From NCBI GenBank assembly GCA_965223295.1, contig CBDCWC010000003.1, positions 1,280,001-1,344,000 of the forward strand: a stretch of DNA of 64,000 nucleotides, read 5' to 3'. The DNA is from Nitrospirales bacterium (GTDB lineage Bacteria > Nitrospirota > Nitrospiria > Nitrospirales > UBA8639). This document shows positions 30,296-38,672 of this stretch, one piece after another (position 1 is the first letter of the stretch; every line of letters begins with the position of its first letter). A program made the position numbers and the translations under genes. Under the pieces are notes generated by a model, which was not told the origin of the DNA, made no database searches, and saw only the letters and a list, made by a program, of their open reading frames with translations.

Positions 30296-33200
30296 ATGCC
30301 ATATGTCATAAAGAACGATACGGTAGTGCTTTTCACTATCAGCATCTTGGCTGCCGCGATTAGCTTCATTGATACATTCGCCTCATTTGGCGTGGCTGGA
30401 TGTGTCCCCTATGTGTTAGTTGTCCTGGGCTCTTTGTTGTTGTCGAATACCTCCGCGCCAGTCATCGCTGCTATTGCATGCACCGTTCTAACCTATGGCA
30501 GCATGCTATTTGCCCCTACGGGCAGTGAATGGGGAAGCATATTCTTGAATCGAAGTTTGGCAGTTTGCGCTATATGGATTACAGCCTTGTTGGGCTTACG
30601 AGTGAAACAACAAATGAGAAGCTTGGAACGTCAGAGTGAACAGCTTCGACGAGACCTGACTGTGCGGGAACAAACTGAGCAGAGGCTAAGACTCCAACAA
30701 AATATTTTGCAAAAAATTGTGGCGGGAACCCATCCGCAGTCTGACATTTTGAACGAGATATGTCTTCATGTCGAGCGCATCCTTCCCTCGGCGATTTGTT
30801 CCATCATGTTGCTTGAAGAACGTACGGGCAAACTGACTGTCGGAGCTGTGCCGAGCGGAGGCGCCACCGCTTGCACAATCTTGGACGGATTGGTCCCCGC
30901 TGAATTGGCCGGAGCCTGCGGGACTGCTGTGCATACGAGAACCACGGTCATCATCGAAGATACTGAGACGGATCCGCGCTGGGAACCCATTCGAGAAGCT
31001 GCACGTCCTTTGGGTATCAAATCTTGTTGGTCTATTCCAGTTTTCGGTAACGATCAACGCATTTTGGGAACGTTTGCCATCTCACACCCTCAGGTTCGAC
31101 GACCTACAACAGCCGACCTGCAACTCCTGGAAACGTCGTCATATCTCGTAGGGATCGCGGTCCAACGTCATCGAGCCGACGAAGCTCAGAAAAGGAGCGA
31201 AGAACGGTATCGCGATTTGTATGAATCGGCTCCTTTCGCCTACTTCACCAGTACAATGGAGGGTCGCATCAAAAGTGCGAATAGTTCTGCCGTGCAACTC
31301 CTTGGGTATTCTCAGACAGAACTCAAGAATCGCATGGTTCTTGACTTGTATGCGCCGGGTAAGAATGGGCAGGAAAAGGCTCAACGTATTCAGCATGAGA
31401 CTCAAGCTGGGAAGGAAGTCGAGGGAGAAGAACTGGAGATGCAACGAGCCGATGGAAGCCATGTGTGGGTGAGTCTGACAGTTAGCCTCATTTATGATTC
31501 TCATGGTCATCCACTAGAACGCCGCGCGGTTGTGAAAAATATTACCCAACGGAAACAACACCGGGAACTTCAAAGCTTGCAAAAGACGGCATTAGAACAT
31601 GTTGTGACTGGAAATACCTTAGACGAAATTTTGAATGGCCTTTGTCAACAGGTAGAGCAGCTAGCTCCTCAGGGAGTCTGTTCAATTTTGACGCTTGATC
31701 CAGACACGAAAATCCTCAGATTCCGGGCTGGGCCTTCCGTTCCAGACTCCTTGGCTAGAGCCCTAGATGGCATGGTTCCCGGTCCATGTGCTGGTTCGTG
31801 TGGAACTGCAACGTTTCGATCTGAGCCGGTCTATGTTGTTAACACGGCTACCGACCCCCTCTGGGCAGACTTGCGAGATGCCGCACAGCAGTACAACATT
31901 GGTGCCTGCTGGTCCTACCCAATCTTTAGGGATGGGAGACAAGTGGTAGGCAGTTTTGCGATCTCTTCTCCTCATCCACAGGCTCCCACAGCTTTTGATA
32001 TGCAACTTCTGGAGACCGCCTCATATCTAGCGGGCATTGCCATTCAGCAACGAGAAACCGAAAAGGCGCGCCTGGAGAGCGAAGACCGGTATCGTTCACT
32101 GTATGAAGACAGTCCTTCGATGTATTTTACCCTGAACCCCGACGGCCAAATCTTGTCCGTCAATCAATTTGGTGCCTGCCAGCTCGGCTACACTGTTCAG
32201 GAACTGATTGAGAAGCCGCTATCGATTCTCTTCTTAGAAGAAGATCAACCGAAAGTTGCAGAGGGCCTTGGTGAATGCTTTAGTGGACCTCCAGGCTTAA
32301 GACACTGGGAGTTTCAGAAAGTTCGGAAAGATGGCAGTCGCATTTGGGTAAAGGAGTCATGCCGCAAAGTCAAAGGCCAAGACAATCAAGAAGTGTTCTT
32401 AGTTGTCTGCCACAACGTGACTGACCAAAAGGAAGTGGAAGAGCGTAATCGCCAGCATGAGCTCGCGGTTCGAGAACTGTATGAAATCACATCTTCCTCT
32501 GATCGTTCGTTTGAATATCGGGTTCGAGCTTTATTGGCATTAGGGTGCCAAAGATTTGGTCTTCCCATCGGACTCCTCACTCATCGGGTCGCCAATGAAT
32601 TGGAGTTGCAGTTTGTCTGTTCATCCGATCCAGCTTTCAAGGAAGGGCAACGCGTGTTATTGGACAACACATTCTGTAGCGCAGCGCTGACTGCTGATGC
32701 ACCCATCAGTTTCGAACATGCCGCGGTATCCGAATGGCGTGAACATCGAGGTTATACCGAGCTGAGGCTCGAAGCCTACCTGGGCACAAAAGTCATGAAG
32801 GGCTCGGAGGCTTATGGAACTTTTTGTTTTACCAGCTATGAACCGCATGCCACGACATTTTCAGAAGCCGATCGAGATTTTCTACGCTTGATCGCCAGAT
32901 GGGTCAGTACTGAACTCGAACGGCTCGAAACCGAACGGTTACAACGCCGGCTTGTGACGATCGTCGAAAGTACGACGGATATGATTGGCATCGCCACTCC
33001 TGAGGGAGAGACGTTGTACCTCAATTCGGCCGGGAAGTCGCTCATGGGCATTCCAGCCCATGAAGATCTAGCTGGCATGCCGATTGTTGATTTTCATTCA
33101 CCTGCCGCACAACACACGCTGCTCAAGGACGCCCTTCCCCAAATTAGAGCAACAGGGGTGTGGGAAGGAGACACGACATTGCTCACGCCTCAAGGCCAGG

Positions 33201-34435
33201 AAATTCCGGCCTCACAGGTGTTGTTGGCACAAAGAGACCAAGCTGGAGATATTGAATGTTTTACGACCATCATCCGAGATATTTCTGAGCGCAAGGCTGC
33301 GGAAGAGCAACTCCAGCAAAGTTATGAACAGACAAAAACATTATCGGATCAACTTCAAGAAAGCGAAAGCCGGCTTCGACAGATTATTGACCTGGTTCCG
33401 CATTTTATTTTTGCCAAAGACCAGGAAGGTCGATTCATTCTCGCTAACGAAGCCGTTGCCCAGGTCTATGGCACATCCGTACAAGCCTTGATTGGGAAAC
33501 GAGATGCCGATTTTGCCAAATCTCAGAAAGAAGTGGCCCATTTTCGTCAAGATGATCTGGACGTCATTGCCAGCGGGCGCACCAAAGTAATCCAAGAAGA
33601 GCAAATTACAGATGCCTCTGGAGCTGTGCAATGCCTTCAAACCACCAAGATTCCTTTCAAATTCGCGGGCAGTGTGCTTCCAGCTATTTTGGGCATCTCA
33701 ATTAATGTCACGGCTCAGAAAGAAGCCGACGCACAACTTCGAGAAGCCTATCATCAAACTCGTGAACTCTCGGCTCGCCTGAAGGCTGCTGAGGAATCGG
33801 AGCGGAAGAGGATCGCACGAGAACTGCATGACGAATTCGGACAGATGTTAGCTGTCTTAAAGTTTGATATTTCCTGGATGGAACGTCGGCTTGCGGAACA
33901 ACCCACATTGAACCCGTATTCTGCGATCCTCGACAAAGCGCGGTCCATGGCAACGTTGACTGATGATCTCATTCGGACTGTACGGCGGATCGCCACGTCG
34001 CTTCGGCCTAGCATTCTAGACGATTTAGGTCTCATTCCCGCTTTGGAATGGCAAGCCAAAGAATTTCAGAATCGAACTGGCATCAATTGTCAATTTTCCA
34101 CTGACCTCGACAGCCAGACTTGTCGATTGGAAAGTGAACGCGCCACAGCGTTATTCAGGATCGCACAGGAGCTGTTTACCAATATTCTCCGGCATGCTGA
34201 TGCATCTCAGGTCGATTTGGTGCTAGAGAAACAGGAGGAGTTTCTGACCTTGTACGTGAGCGACAATGGTCGAGGGTTAGGCGAAACTACGACCAGAGAC
34301 ACTCCGTCCCTCGGGCTTCTCGGTATTCGAGAGCGACTTGCATCGTTTGGAGGTGAATTTATTATTCAGGGGCAGGCAGGCCAAGGCACTCGGGCACACG
34401 TACGAATTCCAATTTCTGAAACACAATTAGTGTGA
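30296..34435 (+). CDS. Membrane-anchored GAF/PAS sensor histidine kinase (HisKA_3, NarX/UhpB type)
   Basis: N-terminal TMs, then GAF-PAS-GAF-PAS-GAF-PAS-PAS, ERKRIARELHDEFGQ H-box, DNGRG and GLLGIRER. Confidence 0.93.
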   Translation: MPYVIKNDTVVLFTISILAAAISFIDTFASFGVAGCVPYVLVVLGSLLLSNTSAPVIAAIACTVLTYGSMLFAPTGSEWGSIFLNRSLAVCAIWITALLGLRVKQQMRSLERQSEQLRRDLTVREQTEQRLRLQQNILQKIVAGTHPQSDILNEICLHVERILPSAICSIMLLEERTGKLTVGAVPSGGATACTILDGLVPAELAGACGTAVHTRTTVIIEDTETDPRWEPIREAARPLGIKSCWSIPVFGNDQRILGTFAISHPQVRRPTTADLQLLETSSYLVGIAVQRHRADEAQKRSEERYRDLYESAPFAYFTSTMEGRIKSANSSAVQLLGYSQTELKNRMVLDLYAPGKNGQEKAQRIQHETQAGKEVEGEELEMQRADGSHVWVSLTVSLIYDSHGHPLERRAVVKNITQRKQHRELQSLQKTALEHVVTGNTLDEILNGLCQQVEQLAPQGVCSILTLDPDTKILRFRAGPSVPDSLARALDGMVPGPCAGSCGTATFRSEPVYVVNTATDPLWADLRDAAQQYNIGACWSYPIFRDGRQVVGSFAISSPHPQAPTAFDMQLLETASYLAGIAIQQRETEKARLESEDRYRSLYEDSPSMYFTLNPDGQILSVNQFGACQLGYTVQELIEKPLSILFLEEDQPKVAEGLGECFSGPPGLRHWEFQKVRKDGSRIWVKESCRKVKGQDNQEVFLVVCHNVTDQKEVEERNRQHELAVRELYEITSSSDRSFEYRVRALLALGCQRFGLPIGLLTHRVANELELQFVCSSDPAFKEGQRVLLDNTFCSAALTADAPISFEHAAVSEWREHRGYTELRLEAYLGTKVMKGSEAYGTFCFTSYEPHATTFSEADRDFLRLIARWVSTELERLETERLQRRLVTIVESTTDMIGIATPEGETLYLNSAGKSLMGIPAHEDLAGMPIVDFHSPAAQHTLLKDALPQIRATGVWEGDTTLLTPQGQEIPASQVLLAQRDQAGDIECFTTIIRDISERKAAEEQLQQSYEQTKTLSDQLQESESRLRQIIDLVPHFIFAKDQEGRFILANEAVAQVYGTSVQALIGKRDADFAKSQKEVAHFRQDDLDVIASGRTKVIQEEQITDASGAVQCLQTTKIPFKFAGSVLPAILGISINVTAQKEADAQLREAYHQTRELSARLKAAEESERKRIARELHDEFGQMLAVLKFDISWMERRLAEQPTLNPYSAILDKARSMATLTDDLIRTVRRIATSLRPSILDDLGLIPALEWQAKEFQNRTGINCQFSTDLDSQTCRLESERATALFRIAQELFTNILRHADASQVDLVLEKQEEFLTLYVSDNGRGLGETTTRDTPSLGLLGIRERLASFGGEFIIQGQAGQGTRAHVRIPISETQLV

Positions 34436-34457
34436 CAATGATGTCAGAAGGGCAGGG

Positions 34458-35087
34458 ATGCTTCGGATTTTAGTTGCAGATGATCATGCTATTGTCCGTC
34501 AAGGCCTAAAACAGGTATTGGTCGAGGAGTTTCCAGAAGCTCACATCGAAGAGAGCTCCACTGGGCAGGAGACGATCCAAACTGTCCAGCAACAACCATG
34601 GGATGTGCTTATTCTGGACATTCACTTCCCTGATAAAAACGGCTTGGATGTCCTCAAAGAGGTCAAAGGCCTGTGTCCAGACTTATCCGTCGTAGTCTTG
34701 AGCCTTTATCCCGAGGAACAGTATGGTATCCGAGTACTCAAGGCAGGTGGTTCAGCATATTTAACGAAGGAAACCGCTCCAAGCGAACTTGTCGCAGCGG
34801 TGAAAAAAGTCATGAACGGTGGACGATACGTGAGTGCCCAGCTAGCTGAGCAATTGGCCGCGAGTGTGGCTCCCCATGCTTCCGGACCTTCACATCAGAC
34901 ATTGTCTGACCGAGAATTAGAAGTCCTCCGATACTTTGCCATTGGGAAAACCGTCACGGAAATCGCTGACCTCCTCTCCTTGAGTGTCAAAACGATTAGT
35001 ACCTATCGAGCGCGCCTATTAGAAAAGCTCCATCTCAAGACTACGGCAGACCTCATTCGCTATGCCGTCGATCACAAACTCGTCTAA
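34458..35087 (+). CDS. NarL/FixJ family response regulator
   Basis: ADDH, ILDI, YLTK receiver; LSDRELEVL...LSVKTISTYR LuxR-type HTH. Confidence 0.95.
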   Translation: MLRILVADDHAIVRQGLKQVLVEEFPEAHIEESSTGQETIQTVQQQPWDVLILDIHFPDKNGLDVLKEVKGLCPDLSVVVLSLYPEEQYGIRVLKAGGSAYLTKETAPSELVAAVKKVMNGGRYVSAQLAEQLAASVAPHASGPSHQTLSDRELEVLRYFAIGKTVTEIADLLSLSVKTISTYRARLLEKLHLKTTADLIRYAVDHKLV

Positions 35088-35321
35088 TACCTTGTCGGTT
35101 TCTTAATCAGTTCAACGCTCCCTGCCTATTACTGTCTTGTTTGTTAGAGGCTGGTCATGAAGATGTCTGACAGTACCCCCTTTTTGTCTGACACAAATTC
35201 CAGACAACAACTGACATTCATCTGTTCCAGCCAACTGGTAAGATTCAACATCTGTTCGTCAACCTATTCTCCTTTTTTTAACGCGTTTTCATAATGTTCC
35301 ATTATTTATATAAAGGTTCCC

Positions 35322-35693
35322 ATGAAGGTTATTATTGCTGAACACTCAGATATAATTCGCAACCGCTTAGGAGACCTCATTCATGAAATTCCTCATGTTG
35401 ACGTCGTCGGAGAGGCAACACAGACATCAGAGACGATTACGTCTGTCGACCGGCACCACCCTGATCTTGTATTCCTCAATATTCATCTTCCTGGCGGTTC
35501 CCCATTGGAAACCCTGCGTGTGATAAAAAGTGCCACGCCTGCACCAACTGTGATTGTCCTGACAGACAACCTGTCATCAGAGTACCAGCATTCATGTCGG
35601 TCAGCCGGAGCCGATTATGTTTTCGACCAGGCAATCGATATCGCGAAAATCCAAAATCTCTTGAAGACACTCTCGCAATCCGAGCTGTCCTGA
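35322..35693 (+). CDS. Stand-alone receiver-domain protein with degenerate phosphorylation site
   Basis: REC fold, but AEHS replaces xDD, FLNI replaces LLDI, and FDQ replaces the conserved Lys. Confidence 0.8.
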   Translation: MKVIIAEHSDIIRNRLGDLIHEIPHVDVVGEATQTSETITSVDRHHPDLVFLNIHLPGGSPLETLRVIKSATPAPTVIVLTDNLSSEYQHSCRSAGADYVFDQAIDIAKIQNLLKTLSQSELS

Positions 35694-35861
35694 AATCTTA
35701 CTCTTACGGATACTGCTCTGCCAGATTGAAACACCTCTTCTATCAGATATTCACTGACAAGGAACAAGAACGCATTCTCACGAGAAAATCAGCTTTCTGC
35801 CGATTTTGCTCGATTTCCTAATTGGCGATACTCGTCGATATGGAAGCGCTATTCTCTTTTA

Positions 35862-36000
35862 GGGCACCTCTAAAAACTGTCCTTTTTCCCGATGGCGGCG
35901 TCAGCGGCGTGCTCAAATCCTCATGTATTTCCCTATACACTGAGGTTTTCCGCGCGCTGCTTCCTTGCCCTCGGAAAAACATCAGTTTTTAGAGGTGCCC
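35862..36000. mobile_element. MITE family B (139 bp)
   Basis: Perfect 18 bp TIR GGGCACCTCTAAAAACTG / CAGTTTTTAGAGGTGCCC; TTTTA on both flanks. Confidence 0.9.
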
Positions 36001-36026
36001 TTTTACTTCAGGAAAGAGGTACAGAC

Positions 36027-36905
36027 ATGGCTTTCTCGACGACTGAACCCCACACAGTTGGTCATTCCTCGCTTACTGTGTTGCCAAGGCGTCCTACCCT
36101 ACAGTTGGTCCAAGAAAATAGTCTACACAGCATGGAGGGCACACAAGCATACTTGCCAACTGCTCCAACAAATCGAACCGACCTGCCCCCTTGTTCGGAC
36201 CAATGTGAAAATTCGGCGCCTCGGATTGCTCATGATCTCCTGAATATCCTCCCGGCTATTCAGGGGCATGCAGAACTTGCCGCATTGCATAGTGCACAAC
36301 CTGATCTTTTTCAGCATAACCTTCGTAGTGTCCTTTCTGCGAGTCAGCGAGCGCACGAGTTGCTTCAGCACATGTTGCGACAGATGCCTCATCAAGACAC
36401 CAGCCTACAAGAGCTAGATCTGTGCATCGTCATCGAGGAAGCGCTTGATGTCTTGAAGGCTACACTGCCCTCATCGATCGTTCTAGAGACAATCGATCAT
36501 CTTCATGTTGGGAGAATGATGGGTGATACAACACAATTATTCCGGATGCTAAGCAATTTACTTTCTAATGCGGTTCAGGCCATGCGCAAGCTACAACAAG
36601 GCCATCTCTGGATCATATTGGATAGAGTTTTAGGGCCTCCTGATCCTACACGTATTCCAACACGACCCATTTCAAACTATTTGCGATTGATCGTTCAAGA
36701 TACAGGTAAGGGCATGCCGGCCGATCTTTGTCGTCGAATTTTCGATCCATATTTTTCCACTCAAGACGATGGAAAAGGCATGGGATTAGGGCTTGCAATC
36801 GTGAAAGAGGTTGTGACAGCTCACAACGGGATCGTGACGGTCGAAAGCGATCCGTTATCTGGCAGTAAATTCACTGTGTATTTTCTCGAACATCAGGGGG
36901 CATAG
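36027..36905 (+). CDS. Histidine kinase (HisKA + HATPase_c) without a recognisable sensor domain
   Basis: IAHDLLN H-box, NLLSNA, DTGKGM, FDPYFST and GMGLGL motifs; start set at ATG 36027 behind AGAGGT. Confidence 0.85.
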   Translation: MAFSTTEPHTVGHSSLTVLPRRPTLQLVQENSLHSMEGTQAYLPTAPTNRTDLPPCSDQCENSAPRIAHDLLNILPAIQGHAELAALHSAQPDLFQHNLRSVLSASQRAHELLQHMLRQMPHQDTSLQELDLCIVIEEALDVLKATLPSSIVLETIDHLHVGRMMGDTTQLFRMLSNLLSNAVQAMRKLQQGHLWIILDRVLGPPDPTRIPTRPISNYLRLIVQDTGKGMPADLCRRIFDPYFSTQDDGKGMGLGLAIVKEVVTAHNGIVTVESDPLSGSKFTVYFLEHQGA

Positions 36906-36958
36906 GCTCCCGGAACGTCTGTTGCTGTCTTGTTCTTGTTTGAAGGGGATCTCAACCC

Positions 36959-37351
36959 ATGGCAACCATCCTCATCATCGATGACGATAAACACATCAGG
37001 TTTTTGCTACGTACCTTATTAGAAAAGCTAGGGCATACGATTATTGAAGCCACCAATGGGAAAGAAGCCCTTGCAGCACTTCAGATTGTCAAGCCTTCTA
37101 TGCTGATAGTCGATATTTTTATGCCAGAAATGGATGGGATTGAACTGATTCGAAGCGCTCGACGGCAAGAAATGGCTCTTAAAATCATCGCGATTTCAGG
37201 AAGCTTTTCGATGAAAGATGTTGAAGTCCTTGAAGTCGCGCGCCGGCTCGGCGCCACATATACCCTTCAAAAGCCCTTTGAAGTTCACACATTAATCGAT
37301 ATGGTTCATAAGCTACTTCCATCAGAACCAGTCTCGACACACCCTACCTGA
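36959..37351 (+). CDS. CheY-like single-domain response regulator
   Basis: IIDDD, VDIFMPEMDG, AISG and LQKPF motifs. Confidence 0.92.
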   Translation: MATILIIDDDKHIRFLLRTLLEKLGHTIIEATNGKEALAALQIVKPSMLIVDIFMPEMDGIELIRSARRQEMALKIIAISGSFSMKDVEVLEVARRLGATYTLQKPFEVHTLIDMVHKLLPSEPVSTHPT

Positions 37352-37474
37352 TTCCCCACATGGGCTTTGGAAACGAGTCTACTCGACTCTGTATTCAAGG
37401 CAATTGATTCTGTTAAGGACTGAGCCCTGGATGGAAGTCGATTTCTTCACCTGTCTGGCGGGAAAGACCTGGGC

Positions 37475-38074
37475 CTACAAAAATTCGGGTGTGTGTCCCC
37501 ATGTCCCAGAAAACACAAACTCTTGTAAAACCTTTCGGGAACGCGGAGCCTGTTCATGCGCACGAAGTTCGTCAGGAAGCGTCTGCAGGTCTCCTTGGTA
37601 TCCAATGGCCAGAGCTGTGACCGGATCATATCCAGAGGGTATAGAATACTCCTCGCGAATCACGTCAGGAAGAATTCCTGCCATCTGATGCACAAAGAGG
37701 CCCAAAGCTGTGGCCTGGACAACCAAATTGCCGATAGCCAATCCTACGTCGTGGTAGGCATGGCGGTTTGGTTGACCATTGCGATCGAAATGCATTTTGG
37801 CGAACGTGAGCAGTAAGAGTGGAGCCCGCTTCGCCCACACTTGGTTTCCCTCAACTAAGCAATTGAGCAGCTTGTCATGTTCCGTGGGTTGGTTTACCGT
37901 GGCCACCATGAATCTCCAGGGCTGTTCGTTGAAACAGGAAGATGCCCATCGAGCTGCTTCTAAAAGACTTTGAATCTTTTCAGGCTCTACCGGCTGTTCG
38001 GTAAAGGCGCGAGGACTCCATCTTTGACTTAAAAGGTCATGTATAGGGAATGAAGTGTCTGCTAGCTTTTCCAT
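37475..38074 (-). CDS. Nitroreductase family protein
   Basis: RWSPRAF, AASS.N.QPWRF-like and VHQMAG motifs; start probably ATG 38074. Confidence 0.92.
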   Translation of the reverse strand: MEKLADTSFPIHDLLSQRWSPRAFTEQPVEPEKIQSLLEAARWASSCFNEQPWRFMVATVNQPTEHDKLLNCLVEGNQVWAKRAPLLLLTFAKMHFDRNGQPNRHAYHDVGLAIGNLVVQATALGLFVHQMAGILPDVIREEYSIPSGYDPVTALAIGYQGDLQTLPDELRAHEQAPRSRKVLQEFVFSGTWGHTPEFL

Positions 38075-38078
38075 AGAC

Positions 38079-38453
38079 TTATTCTGAATGAGCAAGGGCC
38101 GTATGGACTACTTCACGAACGGTGTCCAACAGAAATGGTTTGATCAGCGTATATTGAGCCCCCAAGCGGCGAGCCATATCCAGTAAGTTGATTTTGGCTC
38201 GTTCACTCCCTGCCGACATAGCAATGATCAAGACATTAGGGAATTCTCGCCGAAGATCCAGAATCGTTTCCAGTCCCTCTTTTTCAGGCATGAGAATATC
38301 AACAAACACTAAGTCTGGTCGGTGCTGGCGATACTGGATAATGCCTTCCACTCCATTAAACGCACTGTAGGCCTCATGCCCTTCTTGCAACAAGACCTGC
38401 TGTAACACATCGCAGACCTGGGGGTCATCATCAATGATAAGAATGGTCGCCAT
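38079..38453 (-). CDS. CheY-like single-domain response regulator
   Basis: MATILIIDDD, VDILMPEKEG and IKPF motifs; ATG 38453 behind GGAGG. Confidence 0.92.
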   Translation of the reverse strand: MATILIIDDDPQVCDVLQQVLLQEGHEAYSAFNGVEGIIQYRQHRPDLVFVDILMPEKEGLETILDLRREFPNVLIIAMSAGSERAKINLLDMARRLGAQYTLIKPFLLDTVREVVHTALAHSE

Positions 38454-38672
38454 CGTGTCAATCCTCCTTCGCCCCATCCCGTCCAATCCTTTGCCCATTG
38501 GTGCGGCAGGTCCATTAGACGAAATCGGCGAGCAACTCTGGCATCTCCATGAATAATCGTTCGCGGAATATAAAAGATCATAAGAAGCGGATTATCCTCC
38601 AGGGATTATTTCGTTCTTTTAATTGTACAAGAGTTACTTCTCATTCTTCATGCTTATTGAGCCATTGTCCGA

